Shown here: piece by piece, positions 1-12,810 of the stretch
Layout: each line of letters begins with the position of its first letter
Position numbering within the stretch: the stretch's first letter is position 1
Assembly: GCF_006345805.1 (NCBI RefSeq)
Contig: NC_043003.1
Span: forward strand, 115,816,001 to 115,880,000
DNA from: Octopus sinensis
Taxonomy: Eukaryota
Direction: 5' to 3'
DNA: 64,000 nucleotides
The notes under the pieces: model-generated
What the model saw: only the letters and a program-made list of their open reading frames with translations
Told to the model about the DNA's origin: nothing
Database searches by the model: none
Program-made: the position numbers and the translations under genes

Positions 1-947
1 AAATTTATTGCATAAATTTTATAAATTCCGTAATTACATTATGGAGTGTACAATCTGTTTATCGTTTGTATATGTAAATTATGAAATTTATGAAGAATAC
101 TTGTGCAATTTTCATATAAAAAGTACACACAACCGTGCGTCGGTAGAAAGACATATACATACTTGCATACATACACACATAAACACACGTGTGCACACAT
201 AGTTTTCTATGTTTATGTGTGTGTATGTATGGATGTATGCATGTGAGCACGTATCTATCTATGTAACTAACTAGCTAGCTATATCTTCCCTTTAATAGCA
301 AAAGAATTTTAATTCCATTAAATTGGATGCCTGCCAGAGAAATATTTTTGTGTTTCTCATATTTATTAAACTTGCATAAATACAAACTTTTTCGCTTATT
401 GACGCAAAGGCAGACAATTTCCGGCGAAAATTTGTAAATATTCGAATTAATATTTTAGTTTTGCATTTACAAAAATGAAAATATTTAGTATTTTTCTGAG
501 ATGAGGACACGGACTATTATGAACGGCTCACAGGTGCAACGCTGTCTTACAGGCACAATCTGAAAGATGGTTTCATATGTTTTTTCATTCATGTTGGCAG
601 TACAAGCTATAAGCTCTAACAGGAATGTTGGAGGAAATTTTCGACAAATTTGCGAATGTTTGTCTGGCGTTTCTATCGACCCTCCATTTTTGTTTTCGTT
701 CGCTTTCCTTATATGCCTCCACTGACATTTTATATTAGAACTTATGGGAGCAACTGTCTTTGAAGGTTCATATTGTCCTTGAAATGCTCGAGATGAGGAG
801 TAGACAAACGACAACTGATGAAGGGTCCTTTATCTGTGTTTACTTGTCCGGTTCACCACTTTTATTGTTTATGTATTTAACCCTTTTGTTTACGTATTTC
901 ATGTTGTTTGAAAAGTTGCTGATATCCTGCACCCATATATGCACGTT

Positions 948-1122
<175 letters not shown>

Positions 1123-1125
1123 TTG

Positions 1126-1461
1126 TGAAGGCACATGGCTCAATGGTTAGAACATCGAGCTTACGATCGTGAGGTTGTAAGGTTGAGTCCCGGACCAGAC
1201 TGAGTGTTGTCTTTTTGAGCAAGACACTTTATTTCACGTTACTCCAGTTCAGTCAGCTCTAGTTATGAGTTGTGACGTCACAGGTGCCAAACTGTATCGG
1301 CCTTTGCCTTTCCCTTGGAGAAAACTGGTGGCGTTGAGAGGGGTGGCCGGTATGCATGGGAGACTGTCGGTCTTCCAAAAACAACCTTGCCCGAACTTGT
1401 GCCTAGAAGGGTAACGTTCTTGTTGCAATTCCATGGTCTATATCGTGACCGAAGGGGTCTC
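1126..1461 (+). mobile_element. tRNA-derived SINE, family D
   Basis: Head GAAGGCACATGGCTCAATGG (A box) and GGTTGAGTCCC (B-box-like); body matches 33785-34070; flanked by (TA)n. Confidence 0.85.
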
Positions 1462-1589
1462 AGATATATATATATATGTGTCTGTGTGTATCTATCTATA
1501 CTATGCATTATTTACTATAATATATATATAATTATTATTTATTGTATATATATACACACACACACAAACGCACATACATATGTATGCAT

Positions 1590-2220
1590 ATAAATAACAA
1601 ACTGAGGAAGAAAAATCCTTCAAAGGGTTGTGTTAATCATCCAATTCACTGTTACGTCAGTTGAATATCATATAAATATTGGTATAATGTAACTAAAAAG
1701 ATAAATTAAATAGAGAGATACTATTCACAATCCAGTGATTTATTTATATCCATAATATTACATGATATACTATGAATATGATACAACATAATATTATATA
1801 ACATAAACAAATTATTAAAAAACATAAAAGCCCAACAATTTGTTTCGACTTTAATATATTTTTTTCTGCCATACATACATGAAAAGAGTTCCTTTATATA
1901 TAAAGCCTCTTCGGGGTCATAGCTTAAAAGTAGACGAAATTCAATCCTGCCGTCCTTTCAAACTGAATTTTGTCTATTTTTAAGGCATGACCCTGAAGTG
2001 ACTTTATATAATGGAACTGTTATTAAGTATGTATGTATATCAGAAAATATATATATAAATCGAAACAATTTGTTGGCCTTTTATTTATTTTTTAATAATT
2101 GTTTATGTTATATAATATTATGTTATATTATATTATATTATATTTATACTATATCATGTAATATTATAATATAAATAAATTATTGGATTGGCAATAGTAT
2201 CTCTCTATTCATCTTTATAT
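1590..2220. mobile_element. Fold-back element with a hammerhead-like motif in each arm (Penelope pLTR-like)
   Basis: Imperfect inverted arms about 1698-1943 and 1964-2216; bounded by TA/CA repeats; 5' part is similar to 6715-6790. Confidence 0.75.
1989..2078 (+). ncRNA. Degenerate type I hammerhead ribozyme motif (antisense copy at 1830-1918)
   Basis: GACC-CTGAAGT-GACTTTATATA...TATATAAATC-GAAAC-AATTT-GTT-GGCC; the other arm reads CCGAAGA...AAAGTC-GAAAC-AAATT-GTT. Confidence 0.6.
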
Positions 2221-2221
2221 A

Positions 2222-2256
<35 letters not shown>

Positions 2257-3101
2257 GTGTGTAGTCGTGGCAACCGAATGTTTTTTATTGCTCTGTTTAG
2301 TAAGTAGTTGAAGAACCAGAAACCTTCTCAACTCGAAAAACTCTGAATTTTAATTCCTAATTCTTGCGAAAGCTGCGATATGAAATCAACAGAAGATTAC
2401 CGTTGACCCAATACTGCCTGCAATATAACCTGTGGGAAAACAAATAAATTTTCGTGAGTACAGAGTAAATTTCTCTGGTGCTTCTATTGAATATATGCGC
2501 ACGTACCCATGGATCTAGCAATTTTATTAAATTCATTGAGCACTCAGCATTTACGCGCACACTTTTGACTTTTCACTCGTATATCTCTGTTAAAAAACTC
2601 TCCACTTAAAACTAACGGCTTCACATACAAGACTATCCGTATCAAACTATCACTGAATTTCGAAAAACTCAAACACTGTGTGTGTCTGAGTGAGTGTATA
2701 TGTTTGTATAGACGTGCACATGCGTGCACGTACACAGATGCGCATATTTGCATCAATATGCACATGCAGGCAAAATTATATGAGCGCCTGTGCACACCCA
2801 CATGTAAAACTATAAACTTGCACATGTCACTCATTCCTACTCGCCCCGATCAACACCCTGGCCGACTTCTACTCTATTTCCTGCCCTCCACATGCTCAAT
2901 TTCCTGTTCGCCATGCAGTATTTTCCAACTAACTGTTAGTCATAAACCAACATCAAACCGCGACACCGTGTGACATTCCTCAATCGCAGCGCACCTTACG
3001 GTAATAACAACCGACCTCTGTCATTCAAATTTAAAATGGCTGACGACTGGCTTCGCGTTTGAAACTCAAGTGTACCAACCAATTTGAATCAATCTCTTTT
3101 G

Positions 3102-3711
<610 letters not shown>

Positions 3712-4190
3712 ACATCACTTAGGCACATACAGTTGGGTTACGGTCATAATTTCGTCGATAATTGCTCGTAATCAACACGTTTCACCCGCAAGTTTTAAGG
3801 TGTTTTCTATTCTATTTTGCAGAATCTTATTGTTGTGGTACTTTATAAATACTTGCCTTCATGATGGTATAATGTAATAATATCTCTTAATGTAAACATT
3901 TTTATTTTTTGCTTTACCTTCACCACACCAAAGTTCGCTTCAACGTTTCAGTCTTTGGTTTGCGGATCATCTAACAGCAGTGAATATTCTAGAAGGCTTA
4001 CGTGTTGTTCTGCGTTTTACCTTACAATAATTCATGTGGTGGGCCACATTTTGATAAGCACCGATCTTCACTCATTCACTTTCATCTCTCTCCCTCTTCT
4101 TCTCTTTGTATCTTTCTCTCTTTCTTTGGCTCTCCATCTCTCTCTCTGTGCCTCTCCCTATTTATGCGCATATATATATATACATACATA

Positions 4191-4278
<88 letters not shown>

Positions 4279-4284
4279 TATATT

Positions 4285-4320
<36 letters not shown>

Positions 4321-4331
4321 TGTATGTATGT

Positions 4332-4702
4332 ATATAAAATTAGTGTACATTTAAACACAAAAGAGGTGACCCTTAATAAGCAGCCTTACATGCTTGAAGG
4401 AGCTGTCGAAATTTGAGAAATTATAATATATAACGATGAGACACGTTTTACTCTGTCTCTAAATTATATGTTAATGTTTTGGCGTAGCCACTGATGAGAA
4501 CTTCGCCTAGCAAATTATTTTATTTGCTAATAAAAGTTCGAAACCTGAGCATGGCTGTAGAAAACAAGGTAAAAGATATTATTTTTCATTCCCTTCGAAA
4601 TTGCTCTTAAATGTGGATTTGGACATTTTGACTTCTTCTATCATGCAAAGCTGCCTGTTAAGGACCGCCTCTTTTGTGTTTAAATGTGCACTAAATTTAT
4701 AT
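4332..4702. mobile_element. Element with about 80-bp imperfect terminal inverted repeats enclosing a hammerhead motif
   Basis: ATATAAAATTAGTGTACATTTAAACACAAAAGAGG... at 4332-4412 is the reverse complement of ...CCTCTTTTGTGTTTAAATGTGCACTAAATTTATAT at 4625-4702. Confidence 0.7.
4484..4558 (+). ncRNA. Type I hammerhead ribozyme motif (cleavage triplet mutated to GCA)
   Basis: Stem I GTAGCCA/TGGCTGT; CTGATGA; stem II GAACTT/AAGTTC with inner stem TAGCAAAT/ATTTGCTA; GAAAC-CTGA-GCA. Confidence 0.7.
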
Positions 4703-4900
4703 GGAAAATGTATTGTCTATTGATTTCTTATACATGCTAGGCCACTGGTAGTGAAACTCCTAAAACTTTGCTACCCTATATTATTTTATATATATGTAAA
4801 TATATATATATGTATATGCGTATGTGTATATAAATTTACGTATATATATGTATATATATTATATATATATTATATATATATGTTGTGTGTGTGTATACAT

Positions 4901-4936
<36 letters not shown>

Positions 4937-6065
4937 TGTGTTTTGAGACTGTTTATATTCATTTCATATAAAATAGCAGTTTTAAATATGCAACAGAATT
5001 TTAATGTAACGGTATGTGTTTATGCGACTGTTGTGGAAATTTATTAATAAATTCAGTTGGAAGTTTTTTTACCATATTCGACCGATTGCCTTCTGCACGT
5101 GCATTCACTACTGAGCTTTTGTGTCATAATTTAAATATAGAAAATTTTCTTACCATTCAAAACAATGAAACCTATCAATTTGTCTATTGTTTAATTTATT
5201 TCCAATCCTTGATATATATCTTTTCAGAAAATGCAAAAACATGGGCGAATACTATACACTAGTATTTGATTAATTTCGGATGCTTGCTATTTCTATATTT
5301 TTGCACTTTAATAGCATAATGCTATTGGCTGTGAAGGGAAATGTTCAACCTTCTAAATTTGAAACACTCCTGATGCTATGTATATATGTGAATGCATGGT
5401 TATATGCCTGGTTATAATGTACAAGTAGAATTAATTATTGTTTTAATGTGTTTTTCAACAATAATTCATTTTATAAATTATAATTATTCATTGTGAATGT
5501 GCTACGTGTCAGAATATATTGAAGTGCATCAAAACAATAAAACAGAAATGTACTCCTGCAATAAACAATAAACTACTGAAGAAAAATACAATAACAAAAC
5601 ACAGAAATATATCACAATTTGGAATGTTAAATATCGCCACCATTGTGTCTATATTTGGAGACAATTGTATTTCATTGTTTTGCATATTTTCACTTCTTTT
5701 GAAATACAGACACCGGCACTTGTGCATGCGCATCACCACTCCTCAGTATCACATACATTCATGACATGTATGTACATGCATATGCACACACACACACAAA
5801 CACACAGATGCAAACACGAAATCTCACCCAGATACTTACATATGTGTATGTATGTGTGTGTGTGTGTGGGGGGTAATATTATTATTCTTTCTGACAAAAT
5901 GTATAGAACGGCTTAAGACGTGTTTGGGTTGAACCCTAGACAAAAGATAAGATTTAAGATATAAAATCAAATTAGGCAATCAACCTTTTATTCATACCAA
6001 TACAGTACTAAATTTCACATAAGATGCGTATATATGTATATGTATATATATATACATACACACAA

Positions 6066-6112
<47 letters not shown>

Positions 6113-6113
<1 letters not shown>

Positions 6114-6318
6114 AACGGGAAGGTTTACGAAAATAAACAAAAGACGAAGGCAGGTGGAGTACAAACAAACAATGTATTAGTATGGCGCTCAGGAATAGAA
6201 ATAAAACAAGTCTTTTACGTTTCGAGCCTACGATCTTCGACAGAAAGATACACAGAAAAGAAACAAGGAGAGAAACAAGGAGAGAAAAAAATTGCACGTA
6301 GGCTAACGATTCAATATG
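6113..6318 (-). mobile_element. Family F (TA)n-inserted repeat
   Basis: Reverse complement matches 3161-3360; contains TCGAAGATCGTAGGCTCGAAACGTAAAAGA. Confidence 0.75.
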
Positions 6319-6342
6319 ATATATATATATACACACACACAG

Positions 6343-6423
<81 letters not shown>

Positions 6424-6709
6424 TTAATGCATATCGACGTATATGAATATTCTAAAATACATAAAAATACATGTAAATAAAACCCATATGGGGTTTATAT
6501 GGAAAGAAGTGTGAGAAAATGAGCTGATAAAATTTTTGGGGTAGTAAAATTAAGAGCGGTTAAGAATTTCAAATAACAGATGCATAGAATTCAATGTATT
6601 TTTAAATGTATATAAAAAGGTATATAAGTTATATAATACAATTCGAGGAAGTACATTTCCTACGGCCGTTTCCAGAGGGCATGTCCTGGTAGAAAAATTA
6701 TATATATAA

Positions 6710-6965
6710 AATCTAAGGAAAGGAATTCCTTCAAAGGGGTGTGTAAAATATCCCTTTCACTTGCACGTCACATGAGTAACATAAACTTAGGAGAATAATG
6801 CAATTTATTTTTACTATCCAGCCGCCCCTCACGCGGGATTTCGTCTGTCTTTAACCGAAACATCTGATGAGTCTTACATAAATGGATATGAATTGTTTAA
6901 AAATCTAAAAATATATATCAGTCGAAACAAATTATTGTCTCTTTTGGTTTTTAATATTTTTTTGT
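6710..6965 (+). mobile_element. Diverged relative of the 1590-2220 element, with a hammerhead-like core at 6864-6938
   Basis: Shares TCCTTCAAAGGG..GTGT..A..ATCC..TTCACT...ACGTCA with about 1616-1660; CTGATGA-GTCTT...CAGTC-GAAAC-AATT-ATT. Confidence 0.6.
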
Positions 6966-6987
6966 TATCTGTTATCATATATCATAA

Positions 6988-7204
6988 GGCGCAGGAGTGG
7001 CTGTGTGGTTAGTAGCTTGCTAACCAACCACATGGGTCCGGGTACAGTCCCACTGCGTGACATCTTGGGCAAGTGTCTTCTGCTATAGCCCCGGGCCGAC
7101 CAATGCCTTGTGAGTGGATTTGGTAGACGGAAACTGAAAGACGCCTGTCGTATATATGTATATATATATATTATATATATATATATATGTGTGTGTGTGG
7201 TGTG

Positions 7205-7292
<88 letters not shown>

Positions 7293-7502
7293 TTGTGTGT
7301 CTGTGTTTGTCCCCCTAGCATTGCTTGACAACCGATGATGGTGTCTCTACTCCCCCGTCACTTAGCGGTTCGGCAAAAGAGACCGATAGAATCAGTACTG
7401 GGCTAACAAAGAATAAGTCCCGGGGTCGATTTGCTCGACTAAAGGCGGTGCTCCAGCATGTCCGCAGTCAAGTAACTGAAACAAGTAAAAGAGTAAAAGA
7501 GT
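6988..7502 (+). mobile_element. tRNA-derived SINE, family A (internal TA/TG microsatellite)
   Basis: GGCGCAGGAGTGGCTGTGTGG head, CTTGGGCAAGT core, AGTAAAAGAGT tail; 10-bp TSD ATATATCATA at 6977-6986 and 7503-7512. Confidence 0.92.
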
Positions 7503-7973
7503 ATATATCATATTACATTCCTAGTATATGTTATATTATAATATAAAAAACTTATTGGCTTCTCATTTGAGCCTCTCTATTTAATTTATTATTTATATAT
7601 ATGTATATATATACATATATGTGTGTGTGCGTGTCTGTGTGTGTGCGTGCCTGTGTGTGTGTATATATGCATGGATATAAATGTATATATGTATGTACGT
7701 AAGTATGATTGCATGCATGTATGCATGCATATACGTATGTATGTATGTATGTATGTATGCGTGTGCATATGTATATTAGAAAGCGTTTATTAATTTCTAT
7801 ACAACTGAAAAATCATTAAATTGAAATGAATATTCTCATCTTTAATATTATAATATTAATGGTTTTGTTAGCAGTAATAATTTTTCTTCTTGTGCTTCCT
7901 CTTTATCATCATTATCATTATCATTATCATCATCATCATCATCATCATCATTATCATCATCATCATCATCATT

Positions 7974-8019
<46 letters not shown>

Positions 8020-8063
8020 CATCATCATCATCATCATCTCATCATTATTATTATTATTATTAT

Positions 8064-8619
8064 TGAGTGAGCGAGCAGAGCATGCCATCAAAGTGACACT
8101 GGGGTAAAATATACGAAGCCCAGTATACCCATCATGACTACCTGTCTGATAAGGGTACACCAGGCACATGCATCACAACCATATGTGCGCGACATGGTGA
8201 TCTCATATCAAGATAAACAGCACATGACCTTGCAGGTGGAGCCCAGTTAGAATTTTCTTCAGATCGAGTAACCCATCCTGCTCAAAAGGTCCCTGAATAA
8301 GGGTTGTTTAAGGACGTTGAACGAAACACCCATGTTTCCAGGGGTGAATTGTTCAAACCCCAAAGAATCCCTCTCAACACATGGCTATGATGCTCCCCCA
8401 CTACTTCTGCTCGTGATCAGAGATGCACATATCGTCAGCCACTAAGGGACATGCTCAACTGGTTAAGGTAAAACAACTGACAAGCAAATCTGTGGTATTG
8501 AGCAGAATATTTGCTGTAGCCCATCTTTTATACCAAGACAAAACAATGTACATGATAACACTTCCAATCAGTTAATATCAGAAGCCATGAGAGCCACTGC
8601 CTGGTACTGCATCAGGGCA

Positions 8620-8620
<1 letters not shown>
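8064..8620 (-). mobile_element. Non-coding repeat inserted in an (ATT)n tract, likely Dong/R4-dependent
   Basis: Flanked by (ATT)n; its end recurs at 62247-62356(+) inside an (AAT)n tract. Confidence 0.65.
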
Positions 8621-8700
<80 letters not shown>

Positions 8701-8846
8701 CATCATTATTATTATTATTATTATCATTATTATTATCATCATCATTATCATTATTATTATTATCATCATCATCATCATCATTATTATTATTATCATCATC
8801 ATCATCATCATCATCATTATTATAATTATTACTGTTGTTGTTGTTA

Positions 8847-9800
8847 TTCCTTCGTAACCCAATGTACATAAAAATGCACTGGAGTCTTTAGTCCTCTATC
8901 AAGTCACAACAAGGAACTCATACATCAATCTTGCATGGGATTTCCAGTTCCCTTAAGAAATCTTTAAGTTTTAATGTGATTGAACCCAACGCTCCGATCA
9001 CCAGTGGTATCACTTTTACATTACTATCTCGCATTCCATACTGTATTGTTCTTTCCGCTTTCAATTCGGAATACTTGATTTTTTTCAACCTCTTTACTGA
9101 CAACATTCATGTCATTTGGTATGGCCACATCAATGATTTGAAAGTATTTGTCTCCCTTATTGAATATAACAATATAAGATCGACGGTGTTCGATTACACG
9201 ATCCGCCTGAAAATCATAGTCCCAGAGTATCGTTATTTTTCCATCCTTCTGCACAACATTATTTGGTACATGCTCATACCAGTTCTCTGTTACTTCATAA
9301 TGGTATTTACGCTATAAGAGCCTTATCATATTCTGTATTCCTTTCAGACTGTACACGCGTTCACATTTCAAGAAGGTCTTCGTTCCTCTTCTCCTCAGCT
9401 CTTTGGTTAAAACCTACCTTGCACATCTTTTCATCTGCAGTTACACCCATATCTTTCGTGGCATATTGCAGCAGGTCTTCATCAGTATTTATCAAATACT
9501 CGGCAAGCGTTCTCCTTTCACTGCTTATACAATGGTCTATACTAACTAGTCTTCTGCTTTCTCTTGGGCAGCACAGATTAGAACCTCCGTTTCTGGTTTT
9601 GAATCCCTTTTAGTCATCACAGCCATCTTTTTTCTCTGGCTGTGTCTGTCTTATCTTCAAATTCTCTATGAAATTGTCCAAGCATTCTTTTCTTTACCCA
9701 CTTATTTTCAGTTTCATTCGTTTTCAATTGCTTGTATATGCTTTATCTTTGCAATCTTTCATCCTACACAAGCCTGACCTTCTTACTTCTAATAATAGCG
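8847..9800 (-). pseudogene. R4/Dong-clade non-LTR retrotransposon 3' fragment (restriction-like endonuclease)
   Basis: Frameshifted ORFs give ITILWDYDFQADRVIEHRRSYIVIFNK..IIDVAIP..KY..L and VKVIPLVIGALG, typical of the RLE domain. Confidence 0.85.
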
Positions 9801-9942
9801 GTTCTGTGGCATTTTTGCATAGCATGCTTTGTTGATTTCTTCTGCTCTAATGCTGTGTTCGCATCCAATAAGTCCTCTTCCCCCTCTTTTTCTTGTTACG
9901 TATCATCTCCCTGTGTCACTTTTTGAGTGGAATGTCATGTTA

Positions 9943-9978
<36 letters not shown>

Positions 9979-10001
9979 GTAGTAGTAGTAGTAGTAGTAG
10001 T

Positions 10002-10051
<50 letters not shown>

Positions 10052-10057
10052 CTTTTT

Positions 10058-10115
<58 letters not shown>

Positions 10116-10189
10116 CTTATACACTCAACGGATTAAACTGTTCGAAAAGAAAAAAATGCTAACATCGGGTTACAACAAGTAAACTTAAA

Positions 10190-10510
10190 TACTAAAAAAC
10201 TTTCCTAAGTATCCTAGCTGTCCCTAATAACACTGTTTTCTGCAGCTGTACTTAACTGGTTATATGCCTATTTCCTCTATCCATCTGTTCAAATATTCAG
10301 GGATAATTCCTGATGCACTTATAACTACTGGGATACATTTTACCTGCACTTACCATAGTCTCTGTAATTCAATATCTAGGTCCTGGTTCGTTGCTATTTT
10401 TTCCATACTTCTCATATAATTTTTTTCATTTGAGACTGTAAAATCAATATTCTGGCACTTTCTCTTATCTTTATCTACTACTATAAAATCAGCCTTCTCG
10501 TTTCTATTAC
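10190..10510 (-). pseudogene. Second R4/Dong-type RLE remnant
   Basis: Minus strand gives KADFIVVDKDKRKCQNIDFTVS and LDIELQRLW..VKCIPVVISASGIIP. Confidence 0.7.
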
Positions 10511-10519
10511 TCTGTTTTT

Positions 10520-10670
10520 ATAACGTGCTTTCACTTCACTACCAAGCGCAGCTCTGTGTGCCTTGGGTATGTGCTGTGATTTGTTGTGATGGTCTGATGG
10601 TTACTGTATTGAAAGTGTTCTGCGTAGGATGTGTGCAGTGCCTAGTAGAGCAAGTGTTTTAGTTATGCAT
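10520..10670 (-). pseudogene. Extreme 3' end of a third R4/Dong-type element (C-terminus plus 3' UTR)
   Basis: Minus strand encodes LALLGTAHILRRTLSIQ*, homologous to VLTGTSHVLRRALSM* of the adjacent element. Confidence 0.7.
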
Positions 10671-10750
10671 TTGTCTGATTATTATTAATATTATTATTAT
10701 CATTATTATTATTACTATTATTATTATTATTATTATGATTATTATTATTA

Positions 10751-10802
<52 letters not shown>

Positions 10803-10809
10803 TACTTTT

Positions 10810-12390
10810 TTTTCTTCTTCTTTCAAATTTGCTTCCATTTCTTGCCGAGTGTCTTCCCGACTCCTAGGGCAAAGAAACTCATAGTATACATTGGTAGGCC
10901 ATTAAACCAAACTCAGTAGTTCGTTCCTTTTTTTTTTTTAAGTTAAATTAAAATACATGAGCAGCAACAGTTCTCACATCGACAATGCTCTTCTCAATAC
11001 GTGTGATGTACCAGTTAAGACAATCTTTTGCACTTCTTGCAGGGATGGTAAGCCAGGGATCATTCTCATATAATTTTCGGTTCCCTTCTTGATCATTCCT
11101 AGTGCTCCTACGATCACTGGTATTGTAACCGCCTTGAGATGCCACATTTTCTCAATTTCAATGAGTAGGTCTTTATATTTTCTGAGCTTGTCAAACTCTT
11201 TCTCTGAGATATTATGATCACAGGGGATGCTCATGTCGATCAATAAGCAAACTTTATTGTTTCGTCTTTCACAACAATATCTGGTTTATTGGCCTTGATG
11301 GTTCGGTCTGTATGTACTGGAAAGTCCCACAGAATGGTTACATTTACTCCTTCAGTTACAGCCTCAGGGTGGTGATTATACCACTTGTCGGCAGTTTTGA
11401 TATTGTAATGCCGACTTATTAGCCAGTGGAGATATTGGCCAACTCTGTCATGTCTTAATTTATACTCCACTGGTGCTAAGACTTTACATCCAGAGATTAG
11501 GTGGTCCACTGTTTCATCATGTCGTTGCAGAATCGGCATTTTGGGTCTGCTCCATTTTTCATCACATTGGCCTGGTAGTTCCGGGTTAATAGGCTTTGAT
11601 CTTGAGCAGCCAGGATGAAACCTTCGCTCTCTGCTTTTAGCCCTGAGCTCCGTAGTCACTGATGGGTTTGCTTCTGGTCAACATCAGTTTGTTTGCTGCG
11701 GGTCACATATTTGCCGTGCAGAGGTTTCTCCTCCCACCTATCAGCCAATTGCTCGTGCGCTTTTTTCATTGCCATCATTTTCACCTTCTTTGCAACAATA
11801 GTTGCCGTACTTCCCTCGGGTTGTTCAGTTTGGGTATCCTGCACGAGATCAATAGCAAATTTTTTGCTTTCCTTTATGATAGAATGAAGCTTCTTTCGTC
11901 TCTCGTGATTTTCCACGAGCTTTAGCATCCAGTCATTCGATATTTCGAGATATTTGGCCAGTCCAATTGTGGTTGTTTTGTAAGCTAGTTCAAATTGGAT
12001 CAGGCCTCGACCTCCTTGGGCTCTGGAAGGTAAAGGCGATCTACGTCTGCCTTTGGGTGGTGCATCCTATTACAACTCAGCAGCTTGCGTATTTTCCTAT
12101 CTATATTCTTTACTTCACTCATATTCCAGTTCAACACATTGTAGTTATAAGTAACAACTGGAACTGCTAAGGAATTTATAGCTAACACCTTGTTACGTGC
12201 ATTTAGTTCAGGACTGCACGAACTCTCCTATAACATTCCTTCCTGATTTTCTCTTTCATGCTTGCATGCTGAATACCAGAGCCTTCATTTATCCCTAAAT
12301 ATTTGTATGTTTGTTCTTGCTCAAGCTCTCTTATGACTGTGTCAACATCTAACACGACTGAATTTGTGGTCTTCACTTTCCCTTTCTGGA
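10810..12390 (-). pseudogene. R4/Dong-clade non-LTR retrotransposon, 5'-truncated (RT C-terminus, CCHC knuckle, RLE)
   Basis: AINSLAVPVVTY, HHPKADVDRLYLP, PLHGKY, PKCRFC..HDETVDHLISGC, RHDRVGQYLHW, ILWDFPVHTD..KPDIVV, IDMSIP, KYKDLLIEI, IPVIVGALG; frameshifted; flanked by (ATT)n. Confidence 0.92.
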
Positions 12391-12391
12391 A

Positions 12392-12392
12392 A

Positions 12393-12455
<63 letters not shown>

Positions 12456-12466
12456 CATTATTATTA

Positions 12467-12544
<78 letters not shown>

Positions 12545-12600
12545 TATTATTATTATTATTATTATCATTATTATTATCATTATTATTATTATTTTTATTA

Positions 12601-12649
<49 letters not shown>

Positions 12650-12681
12650 CATTATTATTATTATTATTATCATTATTATTA

Positions 12682-12739
<58 letters not shown>

Positions 12740-12747
12740 CATTATCA

Positions 12748-12808
<61 letters not shown>

Positions 12809-12810
12809 TG
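12392..12810. repeat. (ATT)n microsatellite
   Basis: Read directly from the sequence. Confidence 0.97.

Noticed and set aside
814-840. CTGATGA-AGGGTCCTT as a hammerhead
   Set aside because: No properly placed GAAA, stem III or stem I.
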